In this document: one piece after another, positions 32,786 to 41,848 of the stretch
How positions within the stretch are numbered: position 1 is the stretch's first letter
Layout: every line of letters begins with the position of its first letter
NCBI GenBank assembly: GCA_038204565.1
Contig: JBBRCU010000007.1
Coordinates: 13,026 to 77,025 of the forward strand
Length of the DNA stretch: 64,000 nucleotides
Source of the DNA: Candidatus Limnocylindrales bacterium
Lineage (GTDB): Bacteria; Chloroflexota; Limnocylindria; Limnocylindrales; CSP1-4
Reading direction: 5' to 3'
The notes under the pieces: generated by a model
What the model was told of the DNA's origin: nothing
The model's input: the letters and a program-made list of their open reading frames with translations, nothing else
The model's database searches: none
Translations under genes and position numbers: made by a program

Positions 32786-34648
32786 TCAGCGGCGCGTCGC
32801 CACCCGCGAGGCCGCGTTCGTGTCGAACGCCTGGAGCACCAGCCCGTGGCGGACCCCGAGCGAATCGATCACGACGACCGTCTCGCCGCCCGCGACGACG
32901 TGACGCCCGACCTTGTCGCGGACCACGAATCGGCCGTCCCGCTGGCGGCGGATCTGAAGGTCCGTCCCTTTGCCGCGCTCGGCCACGATCCCGGTCACGG
33001 CCCGGCTGTCGGGCGCCCGGACCAGCGCGATCCCGAGGTTGGACCCATGGCCGATGTTCGCCGAGTGAACGACATCGACGACGGCGATGACGTAGCCGGT
33101 CGTCCGGCCCCGATACAGGACGATCACGGCCAGCAGGATCGCTCCGGCCAGGACGGCCCCAAGAGCGCCGACGGCCGGCAGGAGAAGCGCGTTGCACTCG
33201 AGGGTCGAGCCGCACGGCCGGACCGTGTCGGACAGCGGCGAGGCCTCACTCACGCCGATCGTGTTCTTGGCGAACGCCCGGCACGTGTAATCCGTGCCGT
33301 TCACCAGGCTGCCGACGTCAGCGGCCGGGCTGTCGGGAGCGACATCGACCGCCGCTGGCCAGGTTGCGCCGTGGTCGCTCGAGCATTCGTAGCGGTAGCT
33401 CGTCACGATCTGGCCGGGGTCGGGCACGACGGCAACCTTGACCGCGCCATTCGTCGCCTCGACCGACGGCTTGGCCGGTGCAGCGGGCGGCCCGAACGGG
33501 GTCACCGAGCCCGCTGACGGAGTGAATGCCCCGGGTCCCGACGCGCCGACCGCGGCAACCTCGCACGTGTACGCGACGCCGTTCGTCAGGCCGGCGACCG
33601 TCGTGCTGGTCGTGGTCGAAACGCCCTCGCTCGATTGGATCGGATCGCCCGATCCGTCGGCTGGTCGGCATTGCGCCAGGTAGTCGGTGACGGGGTTCGT
33701 CGATGCCGCGCCGGCTGTCCAGCTGAGGTCGATCTTGCGGTCACCTGGAGTCATCCGGATCCCGCGGGCCGCGGCCGGCGGTGGGCTCGGAGTCGGCGTC
33801 GGCGTCGGTGCGGCCGCGGTGAACGTGCAAGTGGCGTCCTGGAGGGCGACGGCCACCGCCGTCCCGGCGTCCGCGGCGGTCTGGAACACGACGTCCGGCC
33901 AGTCGAACGTGGCGCCGCTGATGCACGGCGGCAGGTCGCGAATGATCTTGAGACCTTCGAGGCCGCCGGCGAGCGCGGCGCGGTCCTTGGGATCGAGGCC
34001 CATTCCGACCGGCAGGAGGGCGAAGGGCGTCCGGCTCCCGAAGAGACGCTGCAGAGCAGGCTGGACCTGGCTCACGGGAACGCCCGCGACGTCGTGCTTG
34101 CCGTCGGTGAGCAGGATCATCGTTGGCCGGACGGCGTCCGCCGGCAGGTGCGAGGCGGCTGCCTCCATCGCCGCCACGTAGTTCGTGTCGATCCCGAGGC
34201 GTTTGGTCGTCGCGCTGGTGAGGCCCTTCCGATAGGCCGTGGCGACCGCCCGGAGGCAGTTCGCGAAGCGGGCGACGTTGGCCGGGCTGGCAAGGAGCTT
34301 CAGCTCGGCGCAGCCAGGATCGTCAACCGCGTGCGTCGCGAACCGGACGATCGTGACCGTCGTGTCGCCGCCGACCAGGTCGGTCGAAGTTGCGTCGACC
34401 CGGTCGGCGATCTTCTCGAGGGCGGCGCCGAAGCGGTTGCGGTTCGTGTTGTCCTGGAGGATCGAGGCCGAGAAGTCGAGCACGAGGACCACGTCCGAGC
34501 GGTCCGGCGCGGCCGCTCGGACGTTCGGGACGAGCCCGACGACGACGACCAGAATCGCGAGGGCGAGGGCGATGAGCGGGCTCGCGGGCAGGCCGGTGCG
34601 CGAGCGGGCGTTCGCATGGAGGCGGGCAGGCTGGGCCATGGCCCCCAT
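32786..34648 (-). CDS. membrane-anchored vWA domain protein with two fibronectin type III domains, a TM helix and a ~130 aa cytoplasmic C-terminal domain
   Basis: N-terminal signal/anchor. vWA MIDAS-like motifs VVLVLDFSASI and ILLTDGKHD. A Pro/Thr linker. Two FN3 repeats (IDLSWTAGA...GLTNGVAYTCEVAAV, and KVAVVPDPG...GTDYTCRAFAKN). A TM helix LLLPAVGALGAVLAGAILLAVIVLY. Then a charged C-terminal domain. Confidence 0.7.
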   Translation of the reverse strand: MGAMAQPARLHANARSRTGLPASPLIALALAILVVVVGLVPNVRAAAPDRSDVVLVLDFSASILQDNTNRNRFGAALEKIADRVDATSTDLVGGDTTVTIVRFATHAVDDPGCAELKLLASPANVARFANCLRAVATAYRKGLTSATTKRLGIDTNYVAAMEAAASHLPADAVRPTMILLTDGKHDVAGVPVSQVQPALQRLFGSRTPFALLPVGMGLDPKDRAALAGGLEGLKIIRDLPPCISGATFDWPDVVFQTAADAGTAVAVALQDATCTFTAAAPTPTPTPSPPPAAARGIRMTPGDRKIDLSWTAGAASTNPVTDYLAQCRPADGSGDPIQSSEGVSTTTSTTVAGLTNGVAYTCEVAAVGASGPGAFTPSAGSVTPFGPPAAPAKPSVEATNGAVKVAVVPDPGQIVTSYRYECSSDHGATWPAAVDVAPDSPAADVGSLVNGTDYTCRAFAKNTIGVSEASPLSDTVRPCGSTLECNALLLPAVGALGAVLAGAILLAVIVLYRGRTTGYVIAVVDVVHSANIGHGSNLGIALVRAPDSRAVTGIVAERGKGTDLQIRRQRDGRFVVRDKVGRHVVAGGETVVVIDSLGVRHGLVLQAFDTNAASRVATRR

Positions 34649-34682
34649 TCTGGAGGACGGTACGACGTCTGTGTGACGAATC

Positions 34683-35528
34683 TCAGTCAGGTTGGTCGAG
34701 GAAGGTCGTCACGGTCGCCGCGAGCCCCGGCGCGACGTTCATGTCGTAGTGAGTGACGGCGGGCAGGATCGCGAGGCGGTGGCGCGTCATCCCCGAGCGA
34801 TCCCAGCTGGCGTCGCGAAGGCCGCCGCCAAGAAGCTCGAAGAACTCGACCGCGTGACGCGGACCGAGACCGTCGGCGTCGCCGGCCACGAGCAGCGTCG
34901 ACGGCCGAAGGCCGCGCGCCTCGTCCGTCCAGTCGTAGTCGTGCTTCATCAACGCGGTGACCTGCTCAACGAGGACCGGCCAATCAACCGGGCGCGGGGC
35001 GATCGCAGCGTAGGTCTCGCCAAGCGGCGTCTGGCGCAGGAACGGGGCAACCTCGGGGCCCATCGCGTCCATCCCCGCGACCATCTCCGGATGCCAGCCC
35101 GACCGTCGGAAGGGGGTCGACACGAGAACGAGTCGGCGCACGGCGTCGGGATGCTGGACCGCGAGACGGAGGGCGACGCCGCCGCCCAGGGAGAAGCCGA
35201 GGACATCGGGACGGCCCAGGTCGAGCGCATCGCTGAGGGCAGCCACGTCGTCGGCCATCGTCTCGAACCGCATGGGGCGGTCGGCGGCGGGCGAGCGACC
35301 GTGGCTCTGAAGGTCGACACCGATCACCCGCCGGCCGGACGCGAGGGCGGCAACGTTCGGGCCGAACATCTCGACCGATCCGAAGCCGCCGTGGAGCAGG
35401 ATCAATGGCGGCTGGCTCGGCCGGGCGATGACGCGGTGGTCGAAGGACTGCCAGGCGAGCTGGATGCCATTGACCGACGTCAGGCCGGAATCGACGGGAG
35501 CGGCTGATGCGGCGGCTGGGTTGGTCAT
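34683..35528 (-). CDS. alpha/beta hydrolase
   Basis: LILLHGGFGS (HGG oxyanion) and GFSLGGGVAL (nucleophile elbow GxSxG). It is 281 aa. Confidence 0.75.
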   Translation of the reverse strand: MTNPAAASAAPVDSGLTSVNGIQLAWQSFDHRVIARPSQPPLILLHGGFGSVEMFGPNVAALASGRRVIGVDLQSHGRSPAADRPMRFETMADDVAALSDALDLGRPDVLGFSLGGGVALRLAVQHPDAVRRLVLVSTPFRRSGWHPEMVAGMDAMGPEVAPFLRQTPLGETYAAIAPRPVDWPVLVEQVTALMKHDYDWTDEARGLRPSTLLVAGDADGLGPRHAVEFFELLGGGLRDASWDRSGMTRHRLAILPAVTHYDMNVAPGLAATVTTFLDQPD

Positions 35529-35661
35529 CGGGCCTCCTCCGGTGCGGGTCCAGTCTCGCCCGATCGGCGATTCGTTGCCCGCGAACCGGGTGTGAACCGG
35601 GTGTCAACCGCGCGATGAGCCGAGCCTGCGATCATGGGTCGATGACCAGCCGACGATCCGG

Positions 35662-37734
35662 TTGCTGACCGCCCCGCCGCTCCAAGACCACCTCCGGGCG
35701 ATGCTCGGGCCGGACGCATCGTTCCGGGAGGGCCAGCGCGAGGCGATCGAGGCGGTCATCGGCGATGGCCAGCGCGCACTGGTCGTCCAGCGGACCGGTT
35801 GGGGCAAGAGCCTCGTCTATTGGATCGCCACCCGCGTCCGGCGTGACCTTGGCCACGGCCCGAGCCTGATCGTCAGCCCGTTGCTGAGCCTGATGCGCAA
35901 CCAGATCGCCATGGCCGACCGGCTCGGGCTGACCGCGGTCACGATCAACTCCGCCAACGTCGGCGAGTGGAAGGCGATCGAGGAGAGCCTCGCCCGCGAC
36001 GAGATCGACGTCCTCCTGATCTCGCCGGAGCGGCTGGCGAACGAGGGGTTCACGACGCGGGTCCTGCCGTCGATCCGGGGCGATGCCGGCCTGCTCGTGA
36101 TCGACGAGGCCCATTGCATCTCTGACTGGGGCCATGACTTCCGGCCGGACTACCAGCGAATCAGCCGGCTCCTGCCGGTCCTCGGCGCGGCGGTGCCCGT
36201 GCTTGCCACGACGGCGACCGCCAACGACCGGGTCGTCGAGGATGTCGCGGCCCAGCTCGGCGAGGACGTGACCGTGATCCGCGGCCCGCTGGCCCGCGAC
36301 ACGCTCCGGCTCGATGCGATCCCGGTCGCCGACCAGGCCGAGCGCCTCGCCTGGCTTGCCGCCAACGTCCCGCGCCTGCCGGGCTCCGGGATCATCTACT
36401 GCCTCACCGTCGCCGACACGGAGCGTGTCGCCGCCTTCCTCCAGACCCGCGGGGTCGATGCTCGCGCTTACAACGGCCCGATGAGTCCGGTGGACCGTGA
36501 GGCCCTCGAGGACGCCCTCGTCGCCAACGAGATGAAGGCGCTGGTCGCGACCGTCGCCCTCGGGATGGGCTTCGACAAGCCGGATCTCGGCTTCGTCGTC
36601 CACTACCAGCGGCCGGGCTCCGCGATCGCCTATTACCAGCAGGTCGGCCGGGCGGGGCGGGCGGTTGACAAGGCCTACGGGATCCTCCTCTCCGGTCGGG
36701 AGGACGACGAGATCGCCGACTACTTCCTGCGAACGGCCTTCCCGCCGGCGGCCCGCATGCGCGACCTGCTCGCGGTCCTCGATGACGCGGGCGCAGGGCT
36801 GTCCCTCGGCAGCCTCCAGCGGCGGGTGAACCTGAGTCGCGGCCAGCTGGACCAGGCGCTGAAGCTCCTCGAGCTCGACGGGGCGGTCGAGAAGATCCGC
36901 GGGCTGTACGCCCGGACCGCCGCGCCGTGGCAGCCCGACGAGGCGCGGATCGCCCGGGTCAGCGAGACGCGCAAGCTCGAGCTCGACCAGATGCGGACCT
37001 ACGTAACGGACCCGGGCTGCCGGATGGAGTACCTCACCCGGCTCCTCGACGATCCGGATGCGGGCCCCTGCGGGAGATGTGCGAACTGCGTCGGCCGGGG
37101 CATGCCCCACGACGTCGACCGCGAGCTGGTCCAGGCGGCGATCGATTACCTCCGCAAGAGTCTCCGCACGATCGAACCGCGCAAGCGCTGGGTCGAGGGC
37201 GGCGGACCAGACGGCGCGAGCGTGATTGCTGAACCGAATGAGCCCGGCGTCGCCCTGGCCGTGCTCGGCGACGCCGGCTGGGGCCGCGACGTCGGGCGGG
37301 GGAGGACCGGGACGGACGGGTACTCATCGGCCCTGGGCGGGGCGTCCGCGAACGCGATCCGGGACTCGTGGCGCCCGGACCCGGCCCCCGAGTGGGTCAC
37401 GGCCATCCCGTCGCGCGGCGGCCAGCCGCGGGTGACAGCGCTCGCCCGCGAGATCGCCGCCGGTCTCAGCCTGCCGTTCGTGGATGTGCTCGCGACGGCG
37501 TACGACGCGCGACCCCAGAGCGCGATGCAGAACAGCGTCCTCCAGCTCGACAACGCGCGGGCGGCGCTCTCCCTCCGCGCCGGTGTCGCGATCCCCGGTA
37601 GTCCGGTTCTCCTCGTCGACGATGTGGTCGACAGCCGCTGGACGATGACGGTGGCCGGGGCCCTGCTTCGGGCGGCTGGCAGCGGACCGGTGCTCCCGTA
37701 TGCGCTCGCGGTCGCAAACCCACGCGACGGCTAG
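35662..37734 (+). CDS. RecQ-family ATP-dependent DNA helicase (RqlH-like: helicase, tetracysteine Zn module, PRTase-like C-terminal domain)
   Basis: FREGQREAI, VVQRTGWGKSLVY (Walker A), LLVIDEAHCISDWGHDFRPDY (DEAH), YYQQVGRAGR. A Cys4 cluster PGCRMEY...CGRCANC. The C-terminal VLLVDDVVDSRWTMTVAGALL resembles a PRPP-binding/ComF-like fold. Its length of 690 aa matches the mycobacterial RqlH clade from memory. Confidence 0.85.
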   Translation: MLTAPPLQDHLRAMLGPDASFREGQREAIEAVIGDGQRALVVQRTGWGKSLVYWIATRVRRDLGHGPSLIVSPLLSLMRNQIAMADRLGLTAVTINSANVGEWKAIEESLARDEIDVLLISPERLANEGFTTRVLPSIRGDAGLLVIDEAHCISDWGHDFRPDYQRISRLLPVLGAAVPVLATTATANDRVVEDVAAQLGEDVTVIRGPLARDTLRLDAIPVADQAERLAWLAANVPRLPGSGIIYCLTVADTERVAAFLQTRGVDARAYNGPMSPVDREALEDALVANEMKALVATVALGMGFDKPDLGFVVHYQRPGSAIAYYQQVGRAGRAVDKAYGILLSGREDDEIADYFLRTAFPPAARMRDLLAVLDDAGAGLSLGSLQRRVNLSRGQLDQALKLLELDGAVEKIRGLYARTAAPWQPDEARIARVSETRKLELDQMRTYVTDPGCRMEYLTRLLDDPDAGPCGRCANCVGRGMPHDVDRELVQAAIDYLRKSLRTIEPRKRWVEGGGPDGASVIAEPNEPGVALAVLGDAGWGRDVGRGRTGTDGYSSALGGASANAIRDSWRPDPAPEWVTAIPSRGGQPRVTALAREIAAGLSLPFVDVLATAYDARPQSAMQNSVLQLDNARAALSLRAGVAIPGSPVLLVDDVVDSRWTMTVAGALLRAAGSGPVLPYALAVANPRDG

Positions 37735-37833
37735 CCTGCTGCCACCCCCCGGCAGCCGCCGGACGACGACGGCGTCAGCAGGTCGCCGTAACCTCAGATC
37801 CCGGCAGCGCCGAGCACGTGCCGACAGCAAACG

Positions 37834-38730
37834 TCACAACAGATCGTCCGCCTCGGCGGCAACCTCCGGATCGGCAGCCGCCCAACGCCACCGTCCAGTC
37901 TCGTGGTCAGATCCTGCCTCGCCGTCGAAACCCGTAATCGACGCGGCGATTGCCGCGGCGCGGGAATCCAGTCGGCGTCGTTGCTCGCTAGTCAGTCGGC
38001 GGCCGGCGATGGTCAGGAGGAACAGAGCGGCCTCGCCCGCCTTGCCGGGGCTCGACGCGCGATCCACGAGGTCCTCGATCCAGGCCGGGTCACCGTGCCT
38101 CGTGACTGCCGGGCGAAGCCAGTTGGAGGCCCGCCACCAGAACCGACTTGCGGCGATCGCCTCGATGATCCCGCGCGCGATCGCGTGATCGCGGGGCTCC
38201 ATCGCCTCGCCGAGAAGATCGAGGACCCGGAGCGCGCGCCGCGCTCGACCCGGTTCGCCCGACCGAAGTCGCCCGAGGAGCGAAAGACGCAGGGAGTCAT
38301 CGACCACGAGCGGGCCGATCAGGCAGTACTGCCAGAACTCGCGTCGATCGTGATTGTCGACCTGATGGAGGATGACGCCCGCCAGCCGAGCCTTCTGTTT
38401 CGGCGTCAAGGCCACGTGGCGCAGCCGGCGGAGCATCTCCTCCTTGACGTAGCCGGTGCCGAACGCGAACGGATCGTTCTCGAGATAGGTGATCGCGCTC
38501 TCGATCGCGTCCGGATCGCCCACCCTGAGTCGCCTCGCGTCGTCCTCCATGCTCGGCGGGTGCAGCTCGCGCATGGCCTGGTTCAGCTCTGCCAGCGCCG
38601 CATGCCAGCGTTCGACGCCACCGCGCCGGCCGCGTTCCGCCGCAGTTTCGTGAACGCGCGCTTGCGCGACACGGACCCGCTCGGCCGCGTGGTGCAGGCC
38701 CGTCGCCCGTGTCGCCTTGTCCGGCTTCAT
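37834..38730 (-). CDS. hypothetical protein (298 aa, soluble, Arg-rich)
   Basis: Clean ORF with an ATG start and no TM helices. No family recognised by eye. Confidence 0.4.
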   Translation of the reverse strand: MKPDKATRATGLHHAAERVRVAQARVHETAAERGRRGGVERWHAALAELNQAMRELHPPSMEDDARRLRVGDPDAIESAITYLENDPFAFGTGYVKEEMLRRLRHVALTPKQKARLAGVILHQVDNHDRREFWQYCLIGPLVVDDSLRLSLLGRLRSGEPGRARRALRVLDLLGEAMEPRDHAIARGIIEAIAASRFWWRASNWLRPAVTRHGDPAWIEDLVDRASSPGKAGEAALFLLTIAGRRLTSEQRRRLDSRAAAIAASITGFDGEAGSDHETGRWRWAAADPEVAAEADDLL

Positions 38731-38817
38731 CGTCTGGAGGATACGACCGCCAGGAATCGACGAGCCCGGGCTGGCAACCTGCCGGCCCGGGCTCGAGACA
38801 ACGAGCGCAGTGATCCG

Positions 38818-40257
38818 CTACGCGGCTTCGCCGATCCGGGCATAGGCGTCGTACGCCTCGGTCTCGCCGGCAGCAACGCGGGTCCGAGCGCTCAGGGCGA
38901 GCGCGGAGAACGCGCCGAAGGCGACAAAGATCGCCCCGACCCGGAGCGCCGGGATCATCCCGTCGACGAAGGCCTGGCCGGAGGTGTAGCCGCCGTTGGC
39001 CGAGAAGATCGAGGCGAGGACCGCGACGCCGAACACGCCGCCCAGCTCCCGGATCGCGTTGTTCGCGCCGGATGCCTTGCCCTCCTCCTCGGGCCGGACG
39101 GCCGACAGGACGACGTTCGCGATCGGGGCGAAGAACAGGCCCATCCCGATCCCCGCGACCACGAATGCGGGGACGATCTCGAGGTAGTCGACGGTGGGGG
39201 AGATGACGAGGGCCAGCCAGCCGAGGGCAACCGCCTGGAGGGCCATTCCCAGCACGATCAGCGGCCGCGTCCCGGTCCGGGCCGAGAGGATCCCGGCCGT
39301 CGGGGCGACGAAGATCGGCATGATCGTCCAGGGCAGGGTCCGGAGACCGGCCTGGAGCGGGCTGTAGTGCTGGACGACCTGGAAGAACTGGGCGAGCAGG
39401 AAGATCGACCCGAACATTCCGAAGTACATCAGCATCGAGACGAGGTTGGCAGCGCTGAACGTCCGCGACCGGAAGAGGCGGAGGGGGAGCATCGGCTCGG
39501 CGCTTCGAGCCTCCCAGACGACGAAGGCGGCGATCCCGATGACGCCGATCGCGAGGGCGACGACGATCTCGGTGCTGGTCCAGCCGAGCTCGTTGCCGCG
39601 GACGAGGCCGTAGACGAGCGAGAACAGGGCGGCCGTGATGATCCCGAGACCGGGCAGATCGAGCTTGGTCGCGGGGCCGTACGTTTCGGTGAGGCGGCTC
39701 AGGGCGAGCGGGATCGCGACGAGCCCGATCGGGACGTTCAGCCAGAAGATCCACTGCCAGGCGAGGCCCTCGGAGATGGCGCCCCCGACGAGCGGGCCGA
39801 TCGCGATCGCCAGGCCGGCGATGCCGCCCCACGCCCCGAGGGCGACGGCGCGCCGCTCGCGCGGCACCGCGGCCGACAGGATCGTCAGGCTCAACGGCGT
39901 CAGGATCGCCCCGCCGAGGCCCTGGATCGCGCGGGCAGCGATCAGGACGCCGACGTTCGAGGAGAGCGCAGCCACGGCCGAGCCGCCGGTGAAGATCGCG
40001 AGGCCGAGCACGAACAGTCGCTTCCGGCCGAACCGGTCGCCGAGGGCCGCCCCGGTCAGCAGGAGCACCGCGAACGTCAAGGTGTAGGCGTTGACGATCC
40101 ATTCGAGCTCGGCGAGGTTGGCGTTGAAGCTCGCCCGGATCACGGGCAGGGCGGTCGTGACGACGAGGTTGTCGAGGGCCGCCATGAATAGGGCGATCGA
40201 GCTGATCGCGAAGGTCCAGATGACCCGGTGAGACGGTGCAGGAAGGGATGCAGCCAC
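38818..40257 (-). CDS. DHA2-family MFS efflux transporter (14 TM, EmrB/QacA-like)
   Basis: LDNLVVTTALPVIRASFNANLAELEWIVNAYTLTFAVLLLTGAALGDRFGRKRLFVLGLAIFTGGS is the canonical DHA2 motif A/C region. GTG start with an AAGGAG SD. Immediately downstream of tetR. Confidence 0.8.
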   Translation of the reverse strand: MAASLPAPSHRVIWTFAISSIALFMAALDNLVVTTALPVIRASFNANLAELEWIVNAYTLTFAVLLLTGAALGDRFGRKRLFVLGLAIFTGGSAVAALSSNVGVLIAARAIQGLGGAILTPLSLTILSAAVPRERRAVALGAWGGIAGLAIAIGPLVGGAISEGLAWQWIFWLNVPIGLVAIPLALSRLTETYGPATKLDLPGLGIITAALFSLVYGLVRGNELGWTSTEIVVALAIGVIGIAAFVVWEARSAEPMLPLRLFRSRTFSAANLVSMLMYFGMFGSIFLLAQFFQVVQHYSPLQAGLRTLPWTIMPIFVAPTAGILSARTGTRPLIVLGMALQAVALGWLALVISPTVDYLEIVPAFVVAGIGMGLFFAPIANVVLSAVRPEEEGKASGANNAIRELGGVFGVAVLASIFSANGGYTSGQAFVDGMIPALRVGAIFVAFGAFSALALSARTRVAAGETEAYDAYARIGEAA

Positions 40258-40272
40258 GGGATGCTCCTTGCT

Positions 40273-40290
40273 AGTTAGCAGTTGCTAAGT
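40273..40290. promoter_or_regulatory. putative TetR operator upstream of the DHA2 pump: AGTTAGCA-GT-TGCTAAGT
   Basis: An 18-bp near-palindrome 15-30 nt upstream of the pump GTG start. It is nearly identical to the palindrome at 40929..40946. Confidence 0.4.
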
Positions 40291-40347
40291 TCACGAACGA
40301 AAAAAAGGGAGGCCTGGATTTCGCCGCCAGGGCGATGATCGGGTCCG

Positions 40348-40920
40348 TCAGGGGCCGCCCGCCAGGTTCTCCAGCATCCAGCTCGTCGGCTTGCCCTCGA
40401 GCTGAACGGCCGCCGCGATGTTGAGCAGCATGCCCTGGGCAAAGAACGCCTGGAGCTCTTCGGCACTCGCGCCGGACAGTTGGCGGACGCGCCGGTGCAG
40501 GCCGCCGAACTCTTCGCGAACGACGGCGCGCACTTCCGGGTCCGAGCACGCGGCGTATGCCTGGAGCTGGACCAGGAGCAGGGAGCGGTCCGCGAGGAGC
40601 TCCTTGTATTCGAGCCCGATTGCCTCGAGGACCGTGTTGCAGGTCGAGACGGCGCCCGGAACGTACGCTCGGGCGGCGACCTCGAAGGCTTGCCGGGTCC
40701 GGCCGAAGCACGATCGGACGACCGCCAGAAACAATTCCTTCTTGGTGCCGAAGAGCTGGAAGACGTACGGCTGCGACACCCCGGCGCGGCGGGCGATCGC
40801 GTCGGTCGAGGCGCCGACGAGGCCGCCGGTCGCGAACTCGTCGACGGCTGCGGCGACGATTGCGTCGCGCCGCTCGTCGGCGGTCATCCGGCCCGGTCTC
40901 GTGGTGCTGGCGGTCGTCAT
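40348..40920 (-). CDS. TetR/AcrR family transcriptional regulator
   Basis: HTH region ERRDAIVAAAVDEFATGGLVGASTDAIARRAGVSQPYVFQLFGTKKELFLAV. It is 190 aa. The track ORF is extended to 41175. Start at the ATG at 40920 or 40887. Confidence 0.8.
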   Translation of the reverse strand: MTTASTTRPGRMTADERRDAIVAAAVDEFATGGLVGASTDAIARRAGVSQPYVFQLFGTKKELFLAVVRSCFGRTRQAFEVAARAYVPGAVSTCNTVLEAIGLEYKELLADRSLLLVQLQAYAACSDPEVRAVVREEFGGLHRRVRQLSGASAEELQAFFAQGMLLNIAAAVQLEGKPTSWMLENLAGGP

Positions 40921-40928
40921 GGGCGGTA

Positions 40929-40946
40929 ACTTAGTAACTACTAAGT
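40929..40946. promoter_or_regulatory. putative TetR autoregulatory operator: ACTTAGTA-AC-TACTAAGT (perfect 8-2-8 palindrome)
   Basis: It sits immediately upstream of the tetR start, in the divergent region shared with the GT87-like membrane protein gene. Confidence 0.4.
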
Positions 40947-41016
40947 CAGTTGTCAAGCCCCGCGTTGAAGGAGCCGCAGGCAATCGGCTGGCGACCCGGC
41001 GCGGCATCATGAGCTC

Positions 41017-41808
41017 GTGCAGACCGCCCGGCTCGCCCGTCTCGCCACCCTTGCCCGGCTGGCAGACGTCGAACGGTGGCGGAGCAGGCTGCCCGACCTG
41101 GATCGCCGCCGGGCGCTCCTGGCCTCGCTCGCGATCTGCCTGATTCCGGTCGTCTTCGTGCTGTTGGTGCCTCATCCGCTCGAGCAGCCCTTCGGTGTCG
41201 ACCGCGATCTCTACTTCGACGTCAGCCGGCGCTGGCTCGGCGGCGGCGCGTACTTCGAGCCGTACCAGCTTTCCGGGCCATACGACATCCGGGCAGGCGA
41301 CGTCCTCTACCCGCCAGTTGCCCTGCTGCTGTTCCTGCCGTTTGCCCAGAGCGGCGGCCTGGGGGCGGTCGCCTGGTTCGTGGTGCCGCTGCTCGGTACG
41401 GCACTCTCGATCACCCGCCTTCGGCCGCGCCCGATCGTCTGGCCGCTGTTGGCCCTGTGCGCGTCGAACCCGACGACGCTCCTGAAGGTCTGGACCGGCA
41501 ACCCGGTCATCTGGTCGATGCTCGCGCTCGCGATCGCGACCGGCGGCGGTCGATGGCGGGCGGCCGCCGCATTCGCCCTCCTCAAGCCCTCGCTTGCGCC
41601 ATTCGCCCTGTTCGGGGCGAACCGCCGGGCCTGGTGGATCGGGCTTGCCCTGCTGGTCGGGCTGAGCGTCCCGTTCGGGTCCCTGTGGATCGACTGGCTC
41701 GCCTCGGTGGCCAACTCGCGCGGCGGCGGCCCGCTCTACTCGGCGCTCGAGATCCCGGTCCTTGCGCTGCCGCTCGTCGCCTGGGCCGGCCGGACGCGCG
41801 GCCGATAG
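41017..41808 (+). CDS. polytopic membrane protein, DUF2029/GT87-like (putative glycosyltransferase)
   Basis: DLYFDVSRRWLGGGAYFEPYQLSGPYDIRAGDVLYPPVALLLFLPFA resembles the GT87/DUF2029 motif (...Y....G.PY......YPP.......P). Eight or more TM helices. Confidence 0.45.
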   Translation: MQTARLARLATLARLADVERWRSRLPDLDRRRALLASLAICLIPVVFVLLVPHPLEQPFGVDRDLYFDVSRRWLGGGAYFEPYQLSGPYDIRAGDVLYPPVALLLFLPFAQSGGLGAVAWFVVPLLGTALSITRLRPRPIVWPLLALCASNPTTLLKVWTGNPVIWSMLALAIATGGGRWRAAAAFALLKPSLAPFALFGANRRAWWIGLALLVGLSVPFGSLWIDWLASVANSRGGGPLYSALEIPVLALPLVAWAGRTRGR

Positions 41809-41848
41809 GGGCCTATGAGGGACGATCGAGTCGGCTTGGACTCAAGCG

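Noticed and set aside
32712-32903. A 63-aa plus-strand ORF with a strong AGGAGGAGG SD 8 nt before its ATG, overlapping the vWA gene 3' end in antisense
   Set aside because: The translation is Gly/Ala/Arg-rich with no features, and most of it is antisense to a solid gene. The SD is likely coincidental (purine run in the intergenic region). Listed only because the SD is unusually good.
37903-40191. Many long antisense ORFs (for example 37903..40191, 10057..11619, 11635..12915, 54010..55242, 56088..57911, 57316..58851, 58879..60834, 7635..8705)
   Set aside because: They lie opposite genes with strong motif support. Their translations are Arg/Pro/Gly/Asp-rich with no domain signatures. At ~70% GC such frames stay open by chance.
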